A stretch of DNA of 63,934 bases, filler included, from Octopus bimaculoides (lineage: Eukaryota): assembly GCF_001194135.2 (NCBI RefSeq). It is 5 parts of 4 records of this genome, joined end to end, with 100 filler letters (N's around TTAATTAATTAA, not from the genome) between each part and the next. Parts side by side here need not be neighbours in the genome. Positions count along the whole stretch, not along the records: positions 1 to 20,590 come from NC_068981.1; positions 20,691 to 38,146 come from NC_069003.1; 3 more parts are not named here. One strand, 5' to 3'. The notes under the pieces were generated by a model. That model was not told where the DNA came from and made no database searches. It was given only the letters and a program-made list of their open reading frames with translations. Of this stretch, positions 12,620-24,900 are shown in pieces. Each line of letters opens with the position of its first letter. Positions within the stretch are counted from its first letter, which is position 1. A program made the position numbers and the translations under genes.

Positions 12620-12835
12620 ACTCAGCTCTACCCCTCACAGCGTCTCCAAATGCTGGACCTCCCAAAAGCTAAAAATATTACATTCACCAACCACTGCTGA
12701 CACGCTACAAATACTCAAGTGATGTCACAATGGAGTAATGTTATGGCATCTGGGACGGTGATACTGTTAAGTACACATACGCCGTGGACTACATTGACAG
12801 AAGAACCACTCGACTGATTGGCATTCAATCAATAG
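12620..12835 (+). mobile_element. Decayed CR1/L2/Jockey-group LINE, C-terminal RT fragment
   Basis: Frameshifted translation QPLLTRYK..ME*CYGIWDG..YAVDYIDRRTTRLIG resembles the LL.LYKAQ.RP.MEYC.H.WDG...LDRIQR.AIRLIG motif. Confidence 0.5.
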
Positions 12836-13939
12836 CAGACACGCTTTTGCAGAATCATAGACAATATCCATGCGAAGAACTAGCTCAATAGCACTTTGTT
12901 TTAAGCAGGGTAAAGGAGTTTATTTGTTGATATGTAGAATTAACATAGCTCAAATTTTTTCTTGAGCAAAACTTCCTAACAATAAAACAAGCGTTCATCA
13001 CTGGATTAACTGTACTCGTTTCAGACATCACTGTTCTACAACAGATGAGCAGCAAAATAATCGACAGTAAAAACAAAAGCATTAACAACGATCCTGCTAT
13101 CTTGAAATATGAAAGACGAGTGGAAAAGACAAAGCAAAAAGGATGATGAGAGAGCCCAGTCTTTATATGTCTACTTGATACAGAATAATCAACAACAATA
13201 AGAATAAGAGTTATAATGAGCCAACAGTGAATTCCCTATGCGGTCATTTAACCTGTTAGTAATTGAAACTAAATCCCTCTGAGCCAAAGAGCTGTCTCGG
13301 TGGAGATGTTCAATATAGCTCTGCATACGTTATGACCAAAACAGTAAAATCAAATCGGTCATTGAAATGTTTATGACCGTAGGTTTTCTCAGTCAGGTAT
13401 GATATGAACAAGAGTTAAACAGCAATAACAGCAAAAACAACTATAACTGCAAAAATATAAAACCATTTGGGAGACGTTTGCGAATTGCTCCTAAGTTGGG
13501 TAATAAATATATTGTAAAAAAATTGAGCTCTCAATGATATATGACGTAGAAATGCACACTATGCAGTAGTAAAACAGTCTAATATAATATATAATTATGG
13601 TATTATATATTCGTCTATCAGTTCTGAAATTATTTGCTCATTCGATGCTGTTAATGACCGAGAAGAGAGCCATCGCCGATATTTTTATCGATATTGATTT
13701 AAACCTATTGATTTTGCTTTCTACTATTAAATATGAATACTGCACACAAACATACATACATACATACATGCATACATACATGCATACATACATACATACA
13801 TACATATATACATACATACATACATGCATGCATACATACATACATATATACATATGTGTGTATATATGTGTATGTGCGCATGTGTGTGTGTATATATATA
13901 TGTATATATTTATGTGCATATGTATGTATATATGTGTGC

Positions 13940-13991
<52 letters not shown>

Positions 13992-14834
13992 ATATATATG
14001 TATGTATGTATATACATATATATATTTACGTATGCATGAGAAAGAGAGGTAGATATCTGTGTTTATATATTAGTAAGATAAATGTGGTGTATATTGGAAT
14101 GTATATCTAATACTACATTTATTTTTATGTATGTATGTATACATTTTGTCATATATACATAGATGATTACATACATGCATACGTACTTACATATATACAT
14201 CCACACATACGTGTTTTATGTTAGGATGGAGTGATACAGTGAGCGAGTGGAGCAAGTCGAGGAAGAGATGTGAGATCTACCGTTAATCAATACAGCGCAT
14301 ACATTTAGCGAACGTTTGATAGTTAGTTATTTCCATATTGATGGAGTCTAAACTATATTTTATGTAATCGTTTATATGCGTTAGTATGGACAGATGCAAC
14401 ATCGCGCCCAATGTTTATGGAGAACCTGTACGATGATATTTTGGAGCAGTCCTAATAAAAGCAATGGAGTATTTGTGCTTCGCGCAACTTGCTAGAAATC
14501 TTTCATAAAACAACGCTATGCTTTCTCAAAATAGAAAGGGAGGCATAACATGGATTCTGTAATGCTTGATTTACTATTTCAGAGAAAGGATTGGATGGTC
14601 ATGGATGTAATGTCTTCCATCAGAGATATACTCGACTAGGGTTGATATGGGTGCAAGCAACAACGTTATAGTTGTTATTTAATCCATGTCAACCCGGATC
14701 TAGCAGACATATGATCAAATTTGTACTTACGGCGACGATGTTGGATGATAGTGGTGATGATGAGTTTTCCATTTTAGAAATAGTATAGTCGTACATGAAA
14801 AGACATCATGGTTATAGAGAGGAATAAGATAATG

Positions 14835-15040
14835 GCTTCAAATTTTGGCACAAGGCCAGCAAGTTCGAGTGGGGTCGAAGCCGATTTCATCGACCCCAGT
14901 GCTTAACAGGTACTTATTTCATCGACTCCTAAAGGATGAAAAGCAAAGTCGAATTTGGCGTAATTTGAACTCAAAACCTAAAGTCGGGCGAAATGCCGAT
15001 AGGCATTTTGCCCAGCGTGCTAAAGATTCTGCCAGTTTTC
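14835..15040 (-). mobile_element. SINE family B, near full length
   Basis: ggcttcaaattttggcacaaggccagc...atcgaccccagtgctt...aaggatgaaaagcaaagtcga...gctaaagattctgccag. Confidence 0.8.
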
Positions 15041-15649
15041 TACCTGTAGAGAAAAATAAAATAATGCGAGTTGTATGTGTTATTGTTGTTCAACACAGTC
15101 CAACTCTCACAGAGCAGATTTATGGTAAAAATATCTCCTATCTGACCAATTCGATCATGTTGTATATCAATAATTAAATTGCCAAAGGTATGAGTTTTCT
15201 TAGTTGCCTGTGATTTGAAGGACAAATCTACAGCTTAATCTCATCTTGTCTGGAAATCCAGAGATCAAGAACGGAGCGCCTGACACTTATAAGTATCATC
15301 GTCGATAAATGTACTCCATGGTTCAATAGATTATGAAACTGAAAACTTTGCTTACCTATAAAGTTCCAGATATTAAAGAAACCAATGTTATGATGTAAAA
15401 GGAGATTTGAGATGTGATCTAAGTATCATCACCAAAGAAAATTCCTCTGGCAAAATTTCTATAAAAAACCAAGGCCTACAATTTTAAGCCGGTAGGATGT
15501 GATTTGAGGGCGATGTGATTTCTATATCTAGTCTGTCAAGTGATTATGATAGCTCGAGAAAGAATGACTGTAGATTATGTTGACTGTATAGGAAACATGG
15601 GTTATATATCACTCTATAGAAAACCAGAGGCAACTTTCTGCCTATTGTA

Positions 15650-15960
15650 TTTACCACCTGACAGAGAGCAATGAACACCGACAACGTTCTAGTTGCCAAA
15701 AGCCCAATTTCGATCTGCACTTGATCCATGATTGCAGCTCGTCAAAAACACGAGCCTCCCTATCATCATCCTCATCAATTTGAGATAATTTTCTAATGAG
15801 AGATGCCAGTAGATTAATCTCCTGGCCAGCGAAACCTGTCCCTCCCATATTAAGTGAAAACGTACATACTATAATCTTGTCATGTGTTTCCTGGGACACG
15901 ACACTACGACCAAGTGGTAGCACATCATCGAAACAATACATATTTTCCCTTCTTCCACCT
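15650..15960 (-). mobile_element. Possible L1-clade LINE post-RT fragment
   Basis: KIIVCTFSLNMGGTGFAGQEINLLASLIRKL loosely resembles the L1-clade W..IC.PK..GGLG...N.ALL.K motif; weak. Confidence 0.3.
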
Positions 15961-15964
15961 AATC

Positions 15965-16705
15965 TACGAGATTTGGCCAAAAAGTTCATAGGCTGACTAA
16001 TAAAATGGGATTAAATGAGGTTTATTTTTTAACATAGCCCTCTTGCTGTTCACACACTTCGTTCATCGGTGTTGCAATGCTTAGATCCCATTGGTAAAGA
16101 AGCTTTCAACTTGTAGGTAAAAATGTCAACGGCAGATATGACGTCATCATCACTCCGATACTGGTTCCTAGCCAAGTCTTTTTTGTCATGCTGGGGAACA
16201 GAAGATAAGTCAGATGGGGCCAAATTAGAAGAAAAGGGACGGGGATGAGACAATCCAAAGACATAGTCATGCACAGCAGCCATTGAAACCAAGGACATAT
16301 GTGCTGCATCATTGTCCTGATGAAACAAGACTCGTTTCATTAGTTTCCTGGGCATTTGGTCTTGATAGCCTTTCGTAGCTGCCTCACCAATTTGGCTTAG
16401 TACTCTCTGTTGATGATGTGACCCTTTTGAAGATAGTCAATAGACACAATGCCTTTTGCATCCCAAACAACTAAGGTCATCTCCTTCCTCGCAGTAGAAA
16501 CGACCTTGGCCTCCTTTGGAGTAGGAGAGGAGGGGTGTTTCCACTGTATGGATTGTCTATTTCTCTTTGACGCATCCAATACGCATCTTGAATTAGGAAA
16601 CGTCCAAGGAAATCAGCTGGAACTGCATCAAAAAATGTTAGACTTCCCTCTGATGTGATCAGCCTGGCGCGCTTTTGATCAGGTATCAGATGTTTCCTTA
16701 TCAAT
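15965..16705 (-). mobile_element. Mariner (DD34D) transposase pseudogene, C-terminal half plus terminus
   Basis: Three frameshifted ORFs: HLIPDQKRARL, QWKHPSSPTPKEAK...WDAKGIVSIDYLQKG, VLFHQDND...PFSSNLAPSD. Element end TA|cgagatttggccaaaaagttc at about 15965. Confidence 0.9.
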
Positions 16706-16814
16706 AGATCAATAAATCAATAGATGTACATCATCAATATACCTGTATGTTTGTATGTATGTATGTATGTATGTATGTATGTATGTATGTATGTATGTAT
16801 GTACGTATGTATGC

Positions 16815-16852
<38 letters not shown>

Positions 16853-16855
16853 TTA

Positions 16856-16910
<55 letters not shown>

Positions 16911-17016
16911 GTGTGTGTATATGTGTGAGTGTATGTGTGTGCCTACGTGTGTGTGCGCGTGCGGCCCTATGTGTATGTATATGTATGTATTTATATATGT
17001 ATATACATACATACAT

Positions 17017-17081
<65 letters not shown>

Positions 17082-17147
17082 CACACACACACAAACACAC
17101 ACACACAAACACACGCACACACACGTATGCATACGCACACACGTATG

Positions 17148-17183
<36 letters not shown>

Positions 17184-17533
17184 GCACACATACATGCTGA
17201 ATTACATATGGCTACACATGTAAGTATATATATATATAGACGGATATCTTTATGATCTATACAGTATGTACGTGCGCGCGCGTGTGTGTCTGTGACTATG
17301 TATGTATGTATTTATGGATTGATACATACATACATATGAAGTGACTTATAAGTAGTACATCAAATATAGAGAAAAAATGTTAGTTATGAATTGACCGGTT
17401 CATGTAAAACGCGCACACAATACCTACAAAATCACTATACAATACCCATAATACTACCCAGACAATACCTATACAGACTCCCCACTCCCACCCCACATAT
17501 ACTTCAGATTCTGCATACATTACCTAGACAAAT

Positions 17534-17582
<49 letters not shown>

Positions 17583-18667
17583 CACACACACACAAGCATT
17601 GCATGCACAGAGATACCCGCTGTCGTACTTCGCACGCAGCTCCCACACAATGCTAGCAAACTATCCCTCACACAACACTAGCAAAATATCCTCGACCTTT
17701 TCTCGCGTACCCCACCCCCTTATAGCATATACAAGCACACAATACCTAGACATAAGGAGCTGAGGTACAATACCGGCAATGTACCCCATCAACATGATAA
17801 CTACATATACACACACGCACAAACATACACACACACACACAGAAACATATACACGCACATACACAACATATATACGCGATCGTGCACACACACACACACA
17901 CACACACAAATATGCGCGCGCGCACACACAGACACAAATATACGCGCGCACACACAGACACACACATAGATAAACGCGCTCACACACATAAACACACACA
18001 ACACATATATTGACCACGCGTTCACTGAACACTACTTGCACATACAATGATGCGATACATCCAGCAAATAAATAAATAAATGAATAAATAAACAGAATAA
18101 AATAAATTATGGCCATTGAGAGGTCAGTAGGAGGCAGAACATGGCGGATAGTAGGACAACCGTGCTGTTAGGTGTTGCTTCATTGTTTAAAGGTGACTGG
18201 CCATCTATTATCAAAACCTCTAATACCTTGTAAAAAGTACTTAAAATGATTGCTAGGTACACTTACAGGTATTCATTTGGGCGGAACTCTTTACACTTAT
18301 CTTTTCTTTTGTATTTCCTTGACTTGTTTTTTTTGTAATGTTTCTATGGCTTCCCCGTGTTATTAAGTTTTCTTTCACTACTGTATGTTTTGTTCTTATC
18401 TTCTACCCTAAGGACTAAAATGACATTTAGAACATATTTAAGTATATAGATTTCTTCTTAATTAAGATTTTGGTTTATTTTATTTATTTACTTTTTTTTT
18501 CGTTTTTCACGAAATAAAATTAGTTTTATTTTACTTATTTCTACTTATATCGGATTTGAGTAAAGCGTGTTTCAAGTCTTAAGAAGACATCTGTGCTAGT
18601 GTATAGCATACACAAAATGTACACTTATCTATCTATCTATCTATCTATACATACATACATACATACA

Positions 18668-18703
<36 letters not shown>

Positions 18704-18712
18704 TGTGTGTGT

Positions 18713-18753
<41 letters not shown>

Positions 18754-18876
18754 NNNNNNNNNNNNNNNNNNNNNNNNNNNNNNNNNNNNNNNNNNNNNNN
18801 NNNNNNNNNNNNNNNNNNNNNNNNNNNNNNNNNNNNNNNNNNNNNNNNNNNNNNNNNNNNNNNNNNNNNNNNNNNN

Positions 18877-18913
<37 letters not shown>

Positions 18914-18929
18914 ATATATATATATATAA

Positions 18930-19050
18930 GTAGGGGCGTGTGGCTTAGTGGTTAAGGTGTTGTACTAATAACCGTAAGATTGTGGTTTCGGTTCCTGGAC
19001 CGGGTTATGTGTTGTGTTCTGGAGCAAAATACTTCATTTCATGTTGCTCC
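18930..19050 (+). mobile_element. SINE family D-like 5' head, truncated
   Basis: gtggcttagtggttaagg...gtttcggttcctggaccggg...gtgttctggagcaaaatacttcatttcatgttgctcc, matching 7035-7155. Confidence 0.7.
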
Positions 19051-19800
19051 TGTATATACGCCAATTTTATTTTCAAAACTATGATGGAAATGACAATGGA
19101 GCATATTTGGCCTATTTTGCTTTATGAGTTCAATAAAGGCAACAACGCAACGGAAAGTGCGAAGAACATTAATGCAGTATATGGGATTAGACAATAAGCA
19201 TAAGCCAGTGTCAACTTTGGTTCCAGAAATTCCGAACCGGAAACTACAGCCTAGAAGACGAACCTTGTCCTGGAAGATCTGTAGAGCTTGACAAGGATGT
19301 CCTGCAAAACCTGGTGGAACAAAATTCCATCGTAACTGTTGAGAAACTAGCAGAGAAGCTTGGATTTGGTCATTCAACCATTCTATGACACCTGCGTGCC
19401 TTTGGAAGACCACCATCTTTGATTTCAAGATGAAACGTGTTCTTTAATCCCATCAGGATAATGACATTCCAAAGGCTGGAGCAGTTTTAATGGGAAACGA
19501 TGCCCCACCCACAATATTCGCCGGACATTGTCCCAGCTGATAATCATTTATTCTGCAGTCTTCAAAATCATTCAGATAGAAAAAATATGAATTCTGTAGA
19601 CGAGATCAGAACAGTATTGGCGGAGTATTTTTCGTCACGGACAAGTGAAGTTTGGAAGAGGGGTCTTGCAATTCTGCCAGATAGATGGAAGAGCATTTTA
19701 GAAAATAAAGTATATTTTAGATTAAAAAAGAACTTTGTTTATCTTAATTTTGAAACTTAAAAGAAGTGTAAAAAAAAGCCGAATTATTTACGGGATGCAT
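19050..19800 (+). mobile_element. Internally deleted mariner (Hsmar1/SETMAR-like)
   Basis: MEHIWPILLYEFNKGNNATESAKNINAVYG; WFQKFRTGNYSLEDEPCPGRS; MPHPQYSPDIVPADNHLFCSLQN (YSPDL motif); terminus gaattatttacgggatgcaTA. Confidence 0.9.
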
Positions 19801-20357
19801 ACATACATACATACATACATACATACATACATGAAGAGGGAAAGAGATTGAGTGATAGAAAGAGGGAAAGTCTCATGTGTTTGAGATTTCCTTTTGGGAG
19901 TCTTTGAAGGATCAGCTTTTATTTCTCCCCTATATTATATTTTTTCCTCCAGTACTTATTTGCCTTGTTTGATAGTTCTTCGTGTAAACTCGTGTAAACT
20001 CGATTATCATTTTTTCTACAGACCATTTACAAGTCCGTCTGTGTTTTACTCGGATGCGAATGTTTGATCTCTGGACGTATAACCATGCTGCTTATCACAT
20101 TGGGATGACTTAAGACTTCTTTCCAATATATTTCATCTCGCCATGGCTCCTTGCCATCAGTTTTATGTGTAGCATTCAGAATTCGACCAACGTTTAAAAC
20201 ACACGTGGGAAATTTGACTGGCGACTCCTGGTGCTGCCACGTACAGTTGTTTTCAGAATAAGGGAGGGACAGAAAGAGATAAAAGAGAGAGTGAAGTTTC
20301 CCTTTAAGAGGAGAGAACTGTTCAGGGTTTATAACTAATTTCATATATACAGTATAT

Positions 20358-20590
20358 ATCATCATCATCATCATCATCGTTTAACGTCCGCTTTCCATGC
20401 TAGCATGGGTTGGACGATTTGACTGAGGACTGGTGAAACCGGATGGCAACACCAGGCTCCAGTCTGACTTGGCAGAGTTTCTACAGCTGGATGCCCTTCC
20501 TAACGCCAACCACTCAGAGAGTGTAGTGGGTGCTTTTACGTGTCACCCGCACGAAAACGGCCACGCTCGAAATGGTGTCTTTTATGTGCC
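20358..20590 (-). mobile_element. SINE/LINE 3' end with (GAT)n tail
   Basis: Reverse: gttggcgttaggaagggcatccagctgtagaaac (V-domain-like, from memory) ... aacccatgctagcatggaaagcggacgttaaac(gat)n. Confidence 0.7.
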
Positions 20591-20690
20591 NNNNNNNNNN
20601 NNNNNNNNNNNNNNNNNNNNNNNNNNNNNNNNNNTTAATTAATTAANNNNNNNNNNNNNNNNNNNNNNNNNNNNNNNNNNNNNNNNNNNN
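20591..20690. other. Artificial 100-bp assembly spacer N44-TTAATTAATTAA-N44
   Basis: Exactly 44 N + 12 nt + 44 N; the 12-mer gives stops in all six frames. Confidence 0.95.
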
Positions 20691-20721
<31 letters not shown>

Positions 20722-20824
20722 TGGGATGCTCCCAACTGGGATGTCTTAAATCATAGATGTGCTCACGCAGGTCTGACCTAGGGCTAAATAGCAACATGAC
20801 GCATTACAATATGCATATCAGCAA

Positions 20825-21110
20825 CTGTAACAACAACAAGCGCAACAACAACAATAAATACAAGAACAACAAAAACCATAAGAGCGAGAATGAAGACAGT
20901 CAACAATAAAAGTCGCAATAACAACAAACTCAACAGCGTCAGTGATCACAGTAACCATAGCAACAGCCGTAACCATGACAACAATAACAGCGAGACTACA
21001 ATAACAGCGAGCATAAATAACTATAGCCATATCAACGACAACAAGCATAACAACAGCAATAACGACAAATATGGTAGCTTCAATATCAAACAGCTCAATG
21101 ACCATAACAA
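20825..21110 (+). repeat. Degenerate (AAC)n/(AAT)n low-complexity tract
   Basis: Explains the Asn-rich and Val-rich ORFs; a purer (AAC)n tract lies at about 21760-21870. Confidence 0.85.
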
Positions 21111-21114
21111 GAAG

Positions 21115-21690
21115 GGACCCTCCTTCGTTCATGAATGACCATGGGATTGCACCTAGAAAGCTCTCCCCCGAGGTGCCAGTCAGGGAAAGGCTATTTATAG
21201 AACGCCATCCGTCGCCCATGCATACCAGCTTCCCCTATCCATGTCATTATATATACATTGGGCAAAGGGTAAAGATTCCCTTCGGTCATGGATGACCATG
21301 AGATTGTACCTAGAAAGATCCCATGGTCATGGTGCGCCTAGAAAGTTCCCCTCCGAGGTACCAGTCCGGGCAAGGCTATTTGTGGAAGAACATCAGTTGC
21401 CCATGCATGCCATCCTCCTCTCTCCATGTCATTATATATACATTGAGCAAAGGGTAAAGATTCCCTTCGGCCATGGATGACCATGAGATTGCGCCGAGAA
21501 AGATCCCATGGTTATGGTGCGCCTAGAAAGATCCCCTCCGAGGTACCAGTCTATTTGTGGAAGACCAGCAGTCACCCATGTACATAGGGCAAAGGGTAAA
21601 GACCCCCTTCGGTCATGAATGACCATGGGATTATACCTAGAAAACTCTCCTCCAAAGCACAAGTCCGGGCAAGGTTATTTATGACACGGA
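21115..21690 (-). repeat. Tandem array (4 units) of the 3' ~160 bp of SINE family D
   Basis: Units start at about 21115, 21275, 21459 and 21601. Each reads ga(c/t)(c/t)cccttcggtcatg.atgaccatg.gattg.acctagaaag and matches the reverse complement of 7209-7366. Confidence 0.85.
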
Positions 21691-23010
21691 GNNNNNNNNN
21701 NCAGTCAAATGACTGAAACAAGTAAAAGAGTAAAAGAGCGCCAATGATCATAACAGCGATCACAACGACGGCAAGCACAATAACAGCAACAACAACAACA
21801 AACACAGCAACAACAACAACAACAACAACAAACACAGCAACAACAACAACAACAACAACAGCAACAATCGCACCTCCATTTGTCTGAAATTTCAATCTGC
21901 CTCACTGTTGTTGGGTATCAAGTACCAANNNNNNNNNNNNNNNNNNNNNNNNNNNNNNNNNNNNNNNNNNNNNNNNNNNNNNNNNNNNNNNNNNNNNNNN
22001 NNNNNNNNNNNNNNNNNNNNNNNNNNNNNNNNNNNNNNNNNNNNNNNNNNNNNNNNNNNNNNNNNNNNNNNNNNNNNNNNNNNNNNNNNNNNNNNNNNNN
22101 NNNNNNNNNNNNNNNNNNNNNNNNNNNNNNNNNNNNNNNNNNNNNNNNNNNNNNNNNNNNNNNNNNNNNNNNNNNNNNNNNNNNNNNNNNNNNNNNNNNN
22201 NNNNNNNNNNNNNNNNNNNNNNNNNNNNNNNNNNNNNNNNNNNNNNNNNNNNNNNNNNNNNNNNNNNNNNNNNNNNNNNNNNNNNNNNNNNNNNNNNNNN
22301 NNNNNNNNNNNNNNNNNNNNNNNNNNNNNNNNNNNNNNNNNNNNNNNNNNNNNNNNNNNNNNNNNNNNNNNNNNNNNNNNNNNNNNNNNNNNNNNNNNNN
22401 NNNNNNNNNNNNNNNNNNNNNNNNNNNNNNNNNNNNNNNNNNNNNNNNNNNNNNNNNNNNNNNNNNNNNNNNNNNNNNNNNNNNNNNNNNNNNNNNNNNN
22501 NNNNNNNNNNNNNNNNNNNNNNNNNNNNNNNNNNNNNNNNNNNNNNNNNNNNNNNNNNNNNNNNNNNNNNNNNNNNNNNNNNNNNNNNNNNNNNNNNNNN
22601 NNNNNNNNNNNNNNNNNNNNNNNNNNNNNNNNNNNNNNNNNNNNNNNNNNNNNNNNNNNNNNNNNNNNNNNNNNNNNNNNNNNNNNNNNNNNNNNNNNNN
22701 NNNNNNNNNNNNNNNNNNNNNNNNNNNNNGTGTGTGTGTACGCGTGTGCGTATGTAAGCATGTGTGTGTGTGTGTATCTGTAAGAATATGTATGCATGTA
22801 TACACACATATATGTACATACTTACATCTACATGTGTATATAGATGCATATATGTGTGTGTGTGTGTTTTTTGTTTGTACACCCCCCCCACACACACATA
22901 CACAAAACACACACATTTATATGCATGTATAAATATGTGTGAGCGCATGAATGAGTATGCGTTTGAGTGTGTGTGCATGTATGTGTGAGACTGCATGTGT
23001 GAGTATATGC

Positions 23011-23054
<44 letters not shown>

Positions 23055-23444
23055 ATGTATATGTACACACACACATATATAGACGCATCCACAAATATAT
23101 TCATACTTCTATAAATATGTGCGGGCTCGTGTGTGTGTGCGTGTGTCTATGTGTAACTAGGTAACATCTTTCCTTCAAAGCTCTTAAAATACTAATGGAC
23201 GACCACATTTAGGAACGCCATTGTTCCAAACGAAACATAAAGGAACTCATAAAAACAAATTTTGGGAAAAAATATCTTTAAAATGACCAACTTCAAACAC
23301 ACACATACATGCACATACACACACGCACACACATACAAATATATGCGTGTAGATATACATATAAATGCACACATATATACATATATAACACGTACACATA
23401 TGCGTGTATGTTCATGTGTGTGTGTGTATGTGTGTGCGCGGTAC

Positions 23445-23531
23445 ATTGGGCAAGTATCTTCTACTATCGCCTTAGGCTGACCAAAGTCTTATGAGAAGCT
23501 TTGGTAGGAGGAAACTAAAAGAAGCCTGCCG

Positions 23532-23540
<9 letters not shown>
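23445..23540 (+). mobile_element. SINE family A head, 5'-truncated, running into (TA)n
   Basis: ttgggcaagtatcttctactatcgccttaggctgaccaaag...gaaactaaaagaagcctgccgtatatata. Confidence 0.7.
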
Positions 23541-23560
<20 letters not shown>

Positions 23561-23562
<2 letters not shown>

Positions 23563-23704
23563 GAGAATTTACGAAAAAAACAACAGACGAGGACAGGCGG
23601 TGTAAACAACAAAAGGATGTATTAGTTTAATGCTCGGGAATTGAGAAAGTCTTTAACGTTTCGAGCTACGCTCTTCAACAGAAAGAATAAGGAGAAAAAC
23701 AAGG
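23561..23704 (-). mobile_element. 144-bp PLE-terminus-like element flanked by (TA)n on both sides
   Basis: Near-identical to 50785-50950 and to the reverse of 59490-59571; carries the hammerhead fold. Confidence 0.8.
23650..23686 (-). ncRNA. Minimal type I hammerhead ribozyme-like motif, A6U core variant
   Basis: UCUUU CUGUUGA A GAG CGUAG CUC GAAA CGU U AAAGA: stem I UCUUU/AAAGA, stem II GAG/CUC, palindromic ACGU in place of helix III. Confidence 0.7.
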
Positions 23705-24008
23705 ATATATATATATATATATATATNNNNNNNNNNNNNNNNNNNNNNNNNNNNNNNNNNNNNNNNNNNNNNNNNNNNNNNNNNNNNNNNNNNNNNNNNN
23801 NNNNNNNNNNNNNNNNNNNNNNNNNNNNNNNNNNNNNNNNNNNNNNNNNNNNNNNNNNNNNNNNNNNNNNNNNNNNNNNNNNNNNNNNNNNNNNNNNNNN
23901 NNNNNNNNNNNNNNNNNNNNNNNNNNGGGAAGCAAAATTTATTAGTCCCTACCTGCTCCGCATTCTCTAACAAAAATAAATTAATTAATAAAGAATTCAC
24001 AGGTATTT

Positions 24009-24465
24009 AGGCGTGAGGTAAGAAGCTTGCTTTCCAATAGTTTGGTTCCGGGTTCAGCCCTACTATGTGGTACCTTGGACAAGTGTCTTCTACTATAGCC
24101 TCAAACCGACCAAAACCTTGTAAGTGGATTTAGTAGACGGAAACTGAAAGAAGCCTGTCGTGTGTGTGTGACGATGTGTGTGTGACGGTGTGTGTGTGAC
24201 GGTGTGTGCTTGTGTATGTGTGAGACGGTGTGTGTGTGTGTGTTTATCTCTCCCACCGTTTGACAACCGGTCTTGGTTTGTTTACATTCCCGTAACATAA
24301 CGATTCGGCAAAAGACCCCGATAGAATATGTACAAGCTTAAAAAAAAAATATTAAGTACTGAGGTCGATTCATCCGACCAAAAGTTCTTCAAGGCGCCGC
24401 TCCAGCATGGCCGCAGTCAAATGCCTGAGACAAGTAAGAGAATAAAAGATAAAAGAAAAAAGATA
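24009..24465 (+). mobile_element. SINE family A, full length with internal (GT)n/GTGACG repeat
   Basis: Head with B-box-like gggttcagccc; gaagcctgtcgt; internal repeat 24160-24243; body cccaccgtttgacaaccgg...ttcggcaaaagacc; tail ccagcatggccgcagtcaaatgcctgagacaagtaagagaataaaaga. Confidence 0.85.
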
Positions 24466-24698
24466 AGGTCACTCACATACACGCACCACACACAAACACA
24501 CACACACACGGACGGACGCTCTCACCGACACACATACATACGNNNNNNNNNNNNNNNNNNNNNNNNNNNNNNNNNNNNNNNNNNNNNNNNNNNNNNNNNN
24601 NNNNNNNNNNNNNNNNNNNNNNNNNNNNNNNNNNNNNNNNNNATATATACATATATATATATACATATATATGTATGTATGTATGCATGTATCAATAT

Positions 24699-24900
24699 AG
24701 GAGTGGCTATGTCGTCAGAAGCTTGCTTCCCAACCACATGGTTCTGGGTTCAATCCCACTGCCTGGTACCTTGAGCAGGTATCTTCTAGCCTTGGGTCAA
24801 TCAAAGCCTTGTGAGTTAATTTGGTAGACGGAAACTGAAAGAAGCCAGTCGTATATATATATATATATAGATAGATATAGATATAGATATATATATATAT
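24699..24900 (+). mobile_element. SINE family A head plus (TA)n running into a gap
   Basis: aggagtggctatgtcgtcagaagcttgc...gggttcaatcccact...gaaagaagccagtcgtatata. Confidence 0.85.

Noticed and set aside
15358-15460. Minus-strand segment with ttttttatag acceptor and GTAAGC donor
   Set aside because: All frames are closed; such signals are frequent by chance in AT-rich DNA.
20027-20250. Non-repetitive minus-strand frame (KEPWRDEIYWKEVLSHPNV...), faintly piggyBac-like
   Set aside because: No convincing motif set or clean splice sites; similarity is by eye only.
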